Below, piece by piece: positions 1-12,721 of a stretch of 64,000 bases of DNA. Within the stretch, counting starts at the first letter, position 1; every line of letters starts with the position of its first letter. The notes below the pieces were generated by a model. It made no database searches and had not been told where the DNA came from. It worked only from the letters and a program-made list of their open reading frames with translations. This DNA is from Octopus sinensis (taxonomy: Eukaryota). The stretch lies in the NCBI RefSeq assembly GCF_006345805.1, contig NC_043001.1:58218001-58282000 (forward strand), read 5' to 3'. A program made the position numbers and the translations under genes.

Positions 1-766
1 TGTAAATGAACAATATGGTGTGTTTATTTTAATGACCTGCCAATATACACAGTACCCTTCTCTGCCGAAGGTGTCAGGAATACACTCGGCAAGAAATAGA
101 AACAGAATCGAAAGGAGATGCTAATGAAAATAGCAACAATGAATAAATAAATGAATAAAATAATGCATGCACATGTGAGCATTGTAAATAAAATGCAAGA
201 TTCTGAACATTTTGCTTCGGATTAATAAATCTTAGTAATCTGTGAAAAGAGTTATTAGTAATCACCTTTTTCACGACTTATACGAAAATTTCGAAAGATT
301 TGAAAGGTACTGAATGACAAAACTAGATACGTTGAATAATTTTCAACTTACCCTCATAAAACGAGCACTAACGTCTTAACATTTGGTATACAATTTATTG
401 CAATAACTACATTGCTTCATATAAAAATATACATTTGGATCATACTCATATTATAGATTATTTAGGAAATCACATATCATTCTTGCAGATAACTCAAAGG
501 ATATATTTCCTGTGTGAATATGCCATTTTTAATCCAGTCAATATCATTTCGTTTACGAATTACTCTACTGAATACGTTGAGCTACATTTACCGACAATGA
601 AACATTGCTTTGATTCCAAAACAGTCATTTGGCGACAATAAATATTTCCTTAACAATTTCCATCCTTCACGAGCATACATGAAACAAAAATATTTCTTCA
701 TTGATTACATTAGTCTAACGGCTGTAAAATCCTTTGCTTATTTGAAATATTATACAACTAATTATA

Positions 767-1901
767 TCAGGACATTAAGAATTAACTATCCGATTGTGAA
801 CTTAAAGCTTATTTAACTCTTTCTCAATGCGGGTAATCAAACTATGCCCCAAAAGTATTAACACAAATTTGCCATTTTATCTGTAGCTTATTTATGCCGG
901 CAGCGAAGGATTCTGGAGAGCAATAGGTGAAAAATTCACGAGAGGCTGTTTTTTGTATCTTTTTCAGATTTGAAGTTTTTCCTTGCAAAATGTGGTCTAA
1001 TACCTGGAAGACGTGATAGTCAGTTGGTGCAAGGTCTAGTGAATATGGAGGATAACATATGACTTCGAAGCTCAGTTCCTGTAATTCGAGTAGCGTTCTT
1101 TGTGCAACATATTGTCGAGCATTATCTATTCACCAATCTCGGTTGTTTACTTGTAAATTCACTCATTATTTCATACAATTGGTTCATATATACATTTAAT
1201 TGATTTACCAAATCCCATGAAGCTGTAGTGGATAACACCATCGCTGGAACATCAAACAGATACCATTAGCACTTCGTCTCTATTCACACAGCATGCAGAA
1301 CGATTGCTATTTTTGAAAATAATCCATTTGTCATTACACGTACAATTGCGATGCAAAAATGGTTCGCGTTTATATCGTGGCACAAAGAACAGCATTTGAG
1401 GCTTTTTCAGTTCATGTGTTACCCACTTATCCAGCTTCTTTACCTTGCCGATTTGTTTCAGATGGACCAATACAGCTGGAATGAAAACATCAAACCTTGC
1501 TGCTAACACACGCGTAGTTTGAGAGGAATCCGCTTCTACCACAGTTTCCAGTTTACCATTATTCACCTTGATCTGAAGTCTCCTACAGGGCTGATTTTCA
1601 AGAGTAAAGTCACCAAACCGTAACTTCTCAAACCATCCACGAACAGCGCATATGCCACATATTCACGAAACCCCTCATCGATATTTTGAGAGCTGTCTGG
1701 ACTGCATTGTTTCCCGGACGGAACTCATACTCATAAACAATGCATATTTTTTATCTATCCATCGGTTCACCAAAATGATTTACAAGAGAAAACACACAAT
1801 ACAATCAGACACCATGAATTACATTTCGAAAAGTGGCGATTTTATAAAGTGGCGATTTTATAAAGCAAAAATTGTTAGGTCATTAAGAATGAATGACCCG
1901 A
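767..1901 (-). mobile_element. Mariner (DD34D) DNA transposon, near full length, pseudogenised
   Basis: Minus-strand frames give KLDKWVTHEL (WVPHEL motif), CNDKWI, DNAR and YPPYSLDLAPTDYHVF (YSPDLAP motif), plus a mariner-type C-terminus (GINKLQIKWQ). Degenerate TIRs flanked by TA at about 765-790 and 1880-1903. Multiple stops and frameshifts. Confidence 0.85.
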
Positions 1902-2137
1902 TATATCAGTAATCTTAAATCTACTACAAATTTACACAACGAACAGAAACAAACTACATTCAGATTATCATTTACAAGGCAGTTCAAATTATTTAACTTC
2001 GACTTATTCTGGAACTAAAATCTGGGGATGTATCAATCACGTCCCACACCAGATCAAACGGCTGAGTGTTCGGAATACGCCAGGATTATAATCCATTTGT
2101 ATCGAAAGTATATTTCATATGCGTTCTAGTTAGTAGT

Positions 2138-2410
2138 AGGGTGGATGTGTTGTAAGAAGTTTGCTTCTTAACAACATAGTTGCTGTTTTATTCCACTGAG
2201 TGACACCTTCTGTGAGTAACTTCTACTATAGCTTCGGGACGCTCAAAAGCCTTGTAGATTTGCCGGACAGAAACTGAAAGAAGCCCGTCGTATATATGTA
2301 TATTTATATATCTCTGTGTGACTTTGTGTCTGTGTTTGTTCTCTATCACCGCTTCACAGTCACTGTTAGTGTGTTTACTTCCTCGTAGCATAGCGGTTCG
2401 GCAAGAGAGG
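2138..2410 (+). mobile_element. tRNA-derived SINE, family 1, degraded
   Basis: Colinear similarity to the copies at 11496 and 48369 (gtaagaagtttgctt...gaaactgaaagaagcccgtcgtatatatg...tagcggttcggcaa). Confidence 0.7.
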
Positions 2411-3439
2411 TAATTGTGTAATAAACTAGGATTTTAAAAATTATTGGTGTGATATGTTTTTATCAAGGCGTAGGTACTTGTAAAATTATGGGTGTACAAC
2501 AGGAGAGTTAGTAAGACCATCGATACACAGGTTTGTGTTGGGGGACTCCGCATTCAGCCATCAGATATATGCGTTTCTTATGGCCAAATACGTTTCCTGT
2601 CTCAGAAGACACGCGTTGGTATTAATTTCTGGTAATTTTTGTCATTTCCAAAATTTTTAGCACAAAGTTTTTGGACAGTCACAATGAAATTATGGACTAC
2701 ATTAATATCTATAACGATTTCAGAACACAGACTGTAGCCATTTCATATTTGTAGCAGGAGTGATAATGAATTAATATCAAAGTAAATAGAATATTTATAA
2801 CATAAGAGACGATAGTTTTCCTCTCAGGTCTGAGTGCAAGAATTGTTGCCAGGTGTCTGCGATCTTCTCAATGCTATCCATTAAGCTAGCAGTCACATTT
2901 ACCATGTGAGACACTTCAGCAGGCTTCTGTGGGAAATAGAATCAAATGCCCTCCTATAATCTAGCTATACTTTTTACTTCGAATAGTAGAGCTTTGTTCA
3001 TCGTCATATACCCGCACACCCTTCTTGGAGACGCAGGTTGTCTAAATCTGTACGTAATGTTGAGGCAATCATTGGGTCTACAATTTTCTGCTAACTCGGT
3101 GATTTCATTATCAACTACAAGATTCGTTTCTGATAAGGCAATCCAATTTGATGTGTCAACCTGGCATTCCCAAATGCTTTTGAATATACATATCAGTGAC
3201 TTCTTAAAAGATGTAAGCCTCTTATTGCAGTATCTAAATATAAGGTCCTATCCCAGTGTTTTCCATTATGCAGTTTGCCAACAGCTACAGTGAAAATTTC
3301 CGCGTCATTTCTAGCGAGGTTTTTGGTACAGTAGTCTCTCCTTATTGCATTTAGTCACGATGCATTATGGTTGAAGTCCCTTTTCGTTTCCGTCTTTCAG
3401 TCAAAATGTCTGAATATCTTCCTGAGAGTGGAATGTATG

Positions 3440-3553
3440 TATGAATGTATATATGTATGCATATACATATGTATATTATATACATAAAGTTACACATAGA
3501 AGTATATATATATATACATACGTAAATATATATATATGTTTGTGTGTGTGTGT

Positions 3554-3590
<37 letters not shown>

Positions 3591-3620
3591 ATTTGTGTGT
3601 GCACATGCTTATATACACAT
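3440..3620. repeat. Compound (TA)/(TG)/(AG)n microsatellite
   Basis: Visible dinucleotide runs, with (AG)n at about 3555-3587. Confidence 0.9.
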
Positions 3621-4317
3621 ACTTAAATATATAGGAGTATACGCAAACATTACTTAAATGTCAAGAAAAGTAAAAACTAACTTTTATTTGGGGTTGATGG
3701 AGAAGATTCTTTAAGGTGTGTCCTTCAAAGACAGTAAAAAATGCCATCAAATGAACTTTAGTTAGAAAATATTGTTGTGAATTAAGTATATAGAGACAAA
3801 CATATTGATATTAAGAAAAAAATACCATTAGAAGTTTTAGATGATTGTCAGGATGGAATAATTTCCTTTGCTCTCCAGTAACCTTTACATTCACATACAT
3901 GTCAATAAATATTTCGGTATATCAGTAATTTATTTCAATTTTTGTTTAAAAACTATTCAAAACATTTATTCCAGACACATTTTTTCAGTTATTTCACTAT
4001 TTATATGATCAAAAAATGTCTTTATTGAAAAATATGGCTTTTTATTTGTTTTATGTTTAACCTTACGTATATACAAAACAACTACCTTTGTAATCAAATG
4101 ATTTTATAACCGTGCAAATCTAAAAGCATATAAGAAACAAAGGAAGGGGATCTTACAAAATGCAGAAGATTGCGTAGATGTTACAAACTGAGAACATAAA
4201 TCGTTGCTTATTACAAAAGATGTCTACAAATTTTGAAGGAAGAGTTGTTACTTTCACATTTTGTCAAATTGCCAATCACTTTTAACACAGGGTCAAGTGG
4301 ATTACATCTACTCCAGT

Positions 4318-4400
4318 CTATGCTGGTATTTTATTTCATCAACCCCGAAAGAATGGAACGTAAGTCCGTCCTTGGTGGGAATTGGACTCACAACGTAAAG
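4318..4400 (-). mobile_element. SINE family 2 core fragment
   Basis: tgctggtattttatttcatcaaccccgaaagaatgg...ggaattggactcacaacgtaaag resembles the 184-bp unit at 47041-47690. Confidence 0.5.
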
Positions 4401-4929
4401 TGCACTCCACTTTTAAAATTAAAAAAATTAAACGCACCTACACATACACACATATATTTACATATACACAAATGTAAATATATACATATACACATATGCA
4501 CAAATATATTAACACACATGCACCCGCATGCACATACACGCGTGTTACCACGGTAATAATAGAATAGTACAAAAAAGCAAACAGATACTAAACCAACATG
4601 TACTATTAAAACAAATATAAGATGAAAAATCGTCGGGCTACAATGAGTTACATATCCTTAGACCTTCACGTAAAATAATAAAAAAATTATTCCAGTGCAA
4701 AGGAACGCAACATTAACAATTGTTTCAACCCGTTCATGTTCATTACGCACTGACATCTTCAGTGTATTCTAATGATTCGCTAGAATTAATTCATTTCAAT
4801 TTTAATAGTAAACTCTTCTTTTGCAGGTTATTTATAATTGCAAACTAATGCTGTTGTCTCATTATATTGCTTAGAAGATGCATAAGTGTATTTAGAAGAA
4901 AGCAGAATATTAGATCATCTTGTTTGCTG

Positions 4930-6225
4930 CCTTTTCTTCATTGCTTCCTCGAGGACAAATTTGTTAAGTTGTACAAAACTCCAAAAGTCAGCAATGGCTG
5001 GACACTGGATGAAAGCATTCAGAGCTATTTCATAACTCTACGCACATCTCGGAGAAGTCTGTCTGACAGCACTTCCGTGCCTGTATACCTTTCTCGGACC
5101 GGTAGCACTGCCAGGCCAGAGATTTCTAGAAATTATCCATCGGCTCCTGCCTACAAGTCCACCGGAAAAGACCAGCCACTCGATCTCTCCCGACGTCTGT
5201 AGCTCCCCGATGAAGTCATCGCTCTTGCTTGCCACCAATCCCCTAAAAAACTCCAATGTGGTACTTTCACCGTTTGTATTTCCAACTGGCTGTGAGCTGT
5301 GAGGCCTGTGAGGGCTTGTAACACTCCAAGTGCCAAGCTCCACTTTTCGATCTATACTTGATCCACTGTATATATTGTCTCTGGCAATGAAAACAGCTCC
5401 AGAAAATCCTGCCTGGCAAACGATGACAACACTTGCTCACTGTTAAGGAAACGCTGGAGATATGGAAGTGTCTGTACATGTCTTCACATCATTAACCACT
5501 GCATGAACACCTTCAACAGCTGGTGACTGCAGATGGACAGCAAGCACAGTGATCCAGCCTCTGGAAACGGGACTGAAACCAACCGATGCGAGGACAGCCT
5601 CCAAGCATTGATCTGCCCTATCAAACGTTTTTGATTGAACCAAATTGATCATGGTCCCGCCCATGTACGATTTCTTACGGAAACACTCTAAGACTGAAGA
5701 CGTGAGTTGGAGGTTGCCGAGGATAGATATATATGATACAACACGTGTCTGCGCGTCACCAACAAGTTAATTGATGACAAGCATCAGCTTCTTGACAAAT
5801 GTCTAGGATATAATCCTGTAATCCGAATTTAACGGAGTTACGTGCCTAAAAAGTATCTATTTGGTCCCCATTGTTCGAGTGTTTTCTTAGCATGACCCCC
5901 TACACCGCGGATCACAGCACTGGGAATTCTCCCGTTTTGTAGCCATCAGTCTTACACATCCGCGAAGAGATTACTGAAAACTTTGGGGTATTACGATAAA
6001 ACTCGAAGGTCAGACCATCCAGCTCCGGAGACTCCTCAGTTGCGCAACTAGTCATCGCGACCCGTATATCGTTAGCTATTATAGGCATTTTGAAGAACCA
6101 CGCATCCCTGTGCAAAAGATGCCGCATGCTACCAGGTAGGTTGTGAAGTTCAAATTGAGCTCCGCCCCACTGCGCTCTCCGTACAGTTCAGTACATTGCC
6201 GCTAAAATTCCGCGCACATCTACCA
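4930..6225 (-). mobile_element. Tx1/L1-clade LINE ORF2 (reverse transcriptase) fragment, pseudogenised
   Basis: Minus frames give SPELDGLTFEFY (SPGxDGLxxEFY), MINLVQSKTFDRAD (LDQSKAFDRVD) and SVGFSPVSRGWI. Many frameshifts. Confidence 0.85.
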
Positions 6226-8715
6226 TGACTGTTTTAGGTGCTTCTTTTCTTTGGTTGTTGTCCATTCTTTTGAGTTGTTAGGGGTTTCGGTTTACATTCA
6301 GAATGTTTTGTGTATGAGTTTGTCTATTTCAGTTCCGGGAACTTTCTCTTCTCGTCGAAAGATTGAAAATATATTTTGCATAATGTTTTCGTTATATCTG
6401 TATCATTTTCCTTTAAAAGTCTCAAATGTTTCTTTTCTCATTTCTATGGATGTCCTGGTACAGTGTCGCAAAGTAGAATGTATGTAAAGCTCAAATGTAG
6501 TCTTTATCTGTCGATCGTTATCCTTTAGTTTTGTTTTTCGTTTGGGCAGTTATTATTGTAGGAGATGGATCTGTCTGCTTAGTGTTAACTCTTTGAGAGA
6601 ACATGTTTTCCTGTGATACGGTTTCTGGCTGTAACAACGCTTCATACAAGAGAAATGTTTCCACTTGAAATGAGTTCATTAAATGAATTACACTTTTATT
6701 TCATTTCTTTTGCGGTTTTTCAAATACTATTTGGCTATGATCTTATATTTAATTTTTCCTCGCAGAGAACTCGTTGATGCTCACATATGATGTCCTTTAT
6801 TCGCAGATGAGCATGTTTCCTTACTTATAAGGTATAACAATCTTCAAAATTAATCTTAATATAATTCTGTCGTTACTGTTTGCCATACTGTAGTTTTTCT
6901 TCTTCAGCCTATATTAATAGTAAATATAGAAAATATAGTAATGCTATGTTATTTAAATATTACTCATTTGGCTAGTCATAATTAACGCCTAATAGATAAT
7001 AGCTAGAACAGGGGAAATAGATTATATTGGTTTTCGTGAGAGTATTGCTAGGTGCATTTACTTTATATAAGGAGGACAATAACTGGAATTATATGAAATC
7101 AATAGACCCTATCATATTCACACATTGTGAGTCATCAGAGAACATAGTGATAAAAACATAAACGTTAAAATGTGGAAACATACAAATGTGATTGAACTAA
7201 AATGGAACAGAGCAGAAGAAAATCTAAATGATGATGCGGCAGTGTGATAACTATTGATGCTATGGCTAACTTTTAAAAATGCATTAAAAGCATTTTTACG
7301 AAGTTACTTTTGTGGTTAGTTTGTTCACGTAGACATAAAAATGACATATTGTAAATAAAGTTTGCTATTACATATTCTATATGTATTACAGTGTCTGGAG
7401 GCTGCGCATAAATCCATAGGTATAGATTTGCATATGTTCTACTGGGATGTATCATTACATACACCAGGAGCTACTTTTTCAATATTTGAAGCACTATTGT
7501 TCCAAACAATAGATACACGAGTGCTCTGCTCCTATACCCAAAGAATTAATAGAAAAATTCTATAAAACTCTAATAGCTTTATATTAACTATGGGTCGTCA
7601 CTTTAAATTTTGCTTTATTTATCAATACTATTTGGATATTGATAAATTTATTCGTGTTTATCATGTTGCAACAATATCAAACAAGATCCTGCATCAATAT
7701 GCTTTCTTGTCCAGAAATGTGAGGCTCTGCAAATATCATACTCAACACATTTCCCCTGCGCTGTAAAATATGTAATAAAAATATAAACATGACAAATTTG
7801 CTAGATGCCATTTTCCAAGAAATAAGAGATTTTTTTTCCGAGAAGTATGAAACCAGGAAATTGAGCAAGAGAGAATTATCGAATTTAATGAAGAAAAAGA
7901 TTTTCTATATCATTTTCCATTTTTAAAACAGAGGTATATCTTGTTTCTAAATTTTAGCTTTCTTATTTGTCTGTTTGTATATGTGTATATTATTTGGAGC
8001 ACATAGTTGCGTGTTTAAGAGTGTGGTAGTCATATGTATGTGCGTGCGCGCGAGTGTGTATGTGTGTGTGCGCATGTGTGCTTTCGAGTGTGTGTGTGAT
8101 TCGAGTGAGTGTGTGTCTTTGTGTTATTTGTGTGTTTGCAAGAATGGTTGAGTATATAGGTGTGTACTTGAAAGTGCTTGTACATAAAATATATTTCTAT
8201 GAGAGTTTACATACAAGTTCACAAAAATTTTCCTCAAAGATATGTTATTTTTTTTTATTATTACAAAGACAATATATATTCCATTGCCACAAATATATAG
8301 TATACACTCATCATTAGCTATAAATATAGACTCACACACACTTGGACATTCACATCTATAGACGCATATGTATTTCCATATAAGCGTACTTTCACATCTA
8401 ATGGAAGATTGGTTATGTGAAGGTATGCATTATTGATAAATAATTTTATGTTCGTATGTCCCAGCATGCTTCAGTGTTTTATATCCTATATAAATCACAA
8501 TTTTCAAGATAAGCCTGCTTGGGAGACAGCCGCATATAGATAATTGTGAGCCTTCATCCAAATTTATGTCAGTGTTTATGTATAAATATTTTCTTATGCT
8601 ATTTTATGACTACTATTTATATATGCATGCGTAATGGTACCTGAATGAGTTAGTCTTTGTGCCGGCATATAAATATGTACACACATTCTTAAATATAGGC
8701 ATATATATGTAGTTA

Positions 8716-8731
8716 TATATGCCAGTGTATT

Positions 8732-8766
<35 letters not shown>

Positions 8767-8790
8767 CTATATTTGTGTGTGAGTATACAC
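8716..8790. repeat. (TA)n(TG)n microsatellite
   Basis: Visible dinucleotide runs. Confidence 0.85.
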
Positions 8791-9703
8791 ATATATGTTG
8801 GTCCCTGAGTGAGCATCGCTATATTAATGCTTGTGCTTGCATGGCAAAAAGAAAGTTGAATAGATAGATGATCAATAGGCTCATACATACATATAATTAT
8901 ATGTATAATGTATTTATACATGTATATTGATAGATACACGTTTATACACGTAGACACATGAGTGTACATGTATTTGCATTCTATTTATTTGCCAATTTAG
9001 TGTGATCACGCGGTTCAAAGTTTGTTGGTTTAAAATATAAATCTCCTGCAAGATTCTGAATCTAATCACACTGTATTTTTACGCATTTCTTTTTATTTTA
9101 TATGCATATATGTGTACTTATGTACCAGCTAATGTGTGCATGTGTATGACGTTGCAACTTTGAATATTACTGCAAATATTCTTGCTATTACATTGTACAC
9201 CCTTTCGTGCTTATCCAAAGCTGAAGAATTATTTTCATTACTGCAGTCTAAATAGTAAAAAATGTTAATTAATTTAAACCAAACTTCAATTCAATAATAC
9301 ATTCCATTAGCTGACGGTAGGAGAAATAGTTTTGAAATCTATTTATAGCAAGAGTAGTATTCTTCGAATCTGGTGAGACTTAACCATTTATATTGCAAAA
9401 TTACTGCAATATCTATATCAAATTGTGAATTCCTTGCTCAGAAGAACAAAGTAAAAGAAATAAAACACTAACAAAGTATTATTAGACCAATGTTTCCGAA
9501 TTTCAGTTACCGTTACTTCTAAGGTCTTTCGTTGGAGGACACACGCGATGAACAGGGCGCGCAAAATGTTTGTTACTGAGTTGTTTTGAGTAGCATTCAC
9601 TGTTGGCTCCATAGAAATTGAAAATGCTATATTTTCACACACTGATAAAACTAGAGTGAGCACATTGGGGATTTGATGATCAAGGTAAATATATTCGAAT
9701 CAA

Positions 9704-9728
9704 TTGCGTTTATATTTTTGTTGTACTG
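9704..9728. repeat. Isolated Tc1-like terminal inverted repeat
   Basis: ttgcgtttatatttttgttgtactg resembles Tc1 TIRs of the CAGT...AACAAAAATATAAACGCAA type. No partner TIR found. Confidence 0.3.
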
Positions 9729-9779
9729 TCTCAAGAAAATATCCTCGGACGACGTAAAGTAGAAGTGTATCCTTCATTT

Positions 9780-10140
9780 CACACTGTCCTCGCTGATGGG
9801 TGGCTGTCCAATGACAAAGGTTTCGTGAGCTGTCGCGCTGGCCCGTCTGGAGCGATCACGGGACGGTCTGCAGTGCTGTTGGTGCTGTTGCATCGTTGTT
9901 GCTGATGATAGATGGTGCTTACATGGACATTGTAATCTTTCGCAACATTCCGGGCGCGCTGCCCTGCAAGAAATCGGCCGACAATTTGTTCTCTCTTCGC
10001 TGCTGACAATCGGGCCATATTCGATACGTCCAAATTAGGAATTCCAGGAAAGCAGTTGAAGTTGATTTTTATATCCATAACCTCCATCAGATTCACGTGC
10101 ATTTCGGTTTTCATGACAATTGTTTGCGACTGCAAACCAC
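9780..10140 (-). mobile_element. Tc1-like transposase N-terminal (paired-like HTH) remnant
   Basis: MARLSAAKREQIVGRFLAGQRARNVAKDYNVHVSTIYHQQQRCNSTNSTADRP from the ATG at 10018 is a typical Tc1 N-terminus. The catalytic region is absent. Confidence 0.7.
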
Positions 10141-11380
10141 GGCGTTCAGTGCAGCTGCGTTTTAGTATCACTTTTCAGGGAAAGTTGAAAGGTTACCTGC
10201 AAAGTATGTCTCCGACATGAACCAGCATATCTTAGAATAATTACACTTGCATCTCCAAATTAAAATTTCTGAATTTACCATATAAGAGTGACGTTTGAAA
10301 AAACATGTTTCTTTTGCGGTTTCAGTGTATCTTGTAAAAAAATATATACTTCGCTTAACTTGATGTTAAATTCGGTGATTAAGACAAAATTTGGACTCCA
10401 CACAAAGCATGTCGCACTTTCGTGGAGGAGTAGAAACTCTGGCAAGCCAGTAAAAAATACCAATGGTGTGGCGAGAACCGAGTAACTACGGTGACGATTG
10501 TTATTTCTGCATCACTAAAGTCGGTGGCTACAGTGCAGTAAATAAAAATAAGATAGAATATTATAGTATATCCTCGGTTATACGGTCTATTACACATTCT
10601 AGTCCTTATCATCCCCATCATTTGGTTTGAAGAATTTTACGTCAGATAGTGAAGAAGAAGAAAATGTGAAGAAGAGATGACGACTACACCACTGTCAAAA
10701 TCTAATGTCCACAGTTATTTACACAAGATTTCATGAGAAAGTTTAACCTACCAAAAGATGCAGCGGAACCTCTTTGTTCTAGGCTGAAAATGAAAACCTT
10801 TTTTGTTACCGGGAACCGTCTTCTCTTGGTATTGTTACAGAGAACACGAGTTGTTACCATTTTTTGCTGAGAATGAGTTTGAAGGATGTAATGGAAATAA
10901 GTATTCGTCCATTCCAATAGTACATTCCGTACAACTTAAGTAGACGTATTATAATTTTTTTTTTAAGTAGACGTATTACAATGTAAAAACAAAATTAAAT
11001 ATAAATTATGCAGAATATCACTGGCATGTGTGTGGAGAGTGCAAAATTGTGCGCATACTTTCAGGCCAACAAGCAGGCTTCACAAAAATTTGGTTTTTCT
11101 TATGTGAATGGGACAGAAGAGCTAATAAAAAGCACTGGGTGGTTAAAATCTGGTCACACAGGAAACGTTTGTTTCTTGGATAGAAAAACATTTTGCACAG
11201 ACCTGTGTTTTGAACCTACTAAATTACTGCTATCATCTTTGTCTGTAAGACATATTTGCAGTATCTCTCAAAAATATTCCTAGCTATAGCCAGTGAGAAA
11301 ATTAAAGCTGGAATATTTGTTTTCCAGTGTATGAGAAATTCAAGAATGAGTCGCAAAACAGGCATAGGTTTGCGACTGCC

Positions 11381-12721
11381 ATCACTTTTCTTGTCATTCA
11401 TTCTCTTTAGTGACACATTTTTAGATAAAAAAAAAAGTCTGATGAATTTAAGAACAAATGGCTAGAACAATAATACAAAAAATATGAATAATATAGGCGC
11501 AGGAGTGGCTGTGTGGTAAGTAGCTTGCTAACCAACCACATGGTTCAGGGTTCAGTCCCACTGCGTGGCATCTTGGGCAAGTGTCTTCTGCTCTAGCCTC
11601 GGGCCGACCAATGACTTGTGATTGGCTTTGGTAGACGGAAACTGAAAGAAGCCTGTCGTATATATGTATATATGTATGTGTGTGTATACGTTTGTGTGTC
11701 TGTGTTTGTCTCCTAGCATTGCTTGATAACCGATGCTGGTGTGTTTATGTCCCCGTTACTTAGCGGTTCGGCTAAGTAACGTTACTTAGCGTTACTTAGC
11801 CTTACTTAGCGGTTCGGAATAAGTACTGGGCTTACAAAAAGAATAAGTCCTGGGGTCGAGTTGCTCGATTAAAGGCGGTGCTCCAGCATGGCCGCAGTCA
11901 AATGACTGAAACAAGTAAAAGAGTAAAAGAGTAAAAGAGTAGGCCTACATATTAACTAAATATACATTTTTAATGGCTTTAAAGTAATTTTACTCTGTTT
12001 CAGGTCTCCTATTCTTTGATTTCCTTCCAGTTTTTGGTAGATGCTTACAGTCTCTCTTTAGGGCTCAGCAATAATCCACCAACATGTTTACATTCCACCT
12101 ATTCTCTAGTACCTTTGCTCCATTTCTTTAACGTCCTGGTGAAATCTCTCACCGTGCTCTTCGCTTAGATTGCCAAGGAACTCCGGGAAATAGTCGAGTT
12201 GTGCTTCAAGTGTGTTGTCGAGAACTTGTTGGGAAAGAATAAGTGTTCAAATTACTAAGTCATAGTTAATAGCATGTTCCAAAACTTCAAAGGGCTTGGA
12301 TGCATCATGTGTGTTAAAATGCACTTCCTTTACTCACAACTCGACTATTTCCCGGAGTTCCTTGGCAATCTAAGCGAAGAGCACGGTGAGAGATTTCACC
12401 AGGACGTTAAAGAAATGGAGCAAAGGTACCAGAATAGGTGGAATGTAAACATGTTGGTGGATTATTGCTGAGCCCTAAAGAGAGACTGTAAGCATCTACC
12501 AAAAACTGGAAGGAAATCAAAGAAAGGGAAACCTGAAACAGAGTAAAATTACTTTAAAGCCATGGTAAGTGCATTAAAAATATATATTTAGTTAATATGT
12601 AGGCCTACCTATATTATTCATATTTTTTGTATTGTTGTTTTAGCCATTTGTTCTTAAATCATCAGACTTTTTTTTATCTAAAAATCTGTCACAAAAGAGA
12701 ATGAATGACAAGAAAAGTGAT
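11381..12721. repeat. Long inverted duplication (about 380-bp arms) within the Chapaev-like element
   Basis: 11381-11497 plus 11940-12203 is the reverse complement of 12335-12721. The 131-bp spacer is forward transposase sequence. Confidence 0.9.
11496..11940 (+). mobile_element. tRNA-derived SINE, family 1, full length
   Basis: Head ggcgcaggagtggctgtgtggtaag (A-box-like) and gggttcagtccc (B-box-like), internal TA/TG repeat, and tail ggcggtgctccagcatggccgcagtcaaatgactgaaacaagt(aaaagagt)n. Confidence 0.9.

Noticed and set aside
1831-1864. Short direct duplications (aagtggcgattttata x2; also ttaagtagacgtatta x2 near 10936-10978)
   Set aside because: These are ordinary slippage duplications inside decayed transposons.
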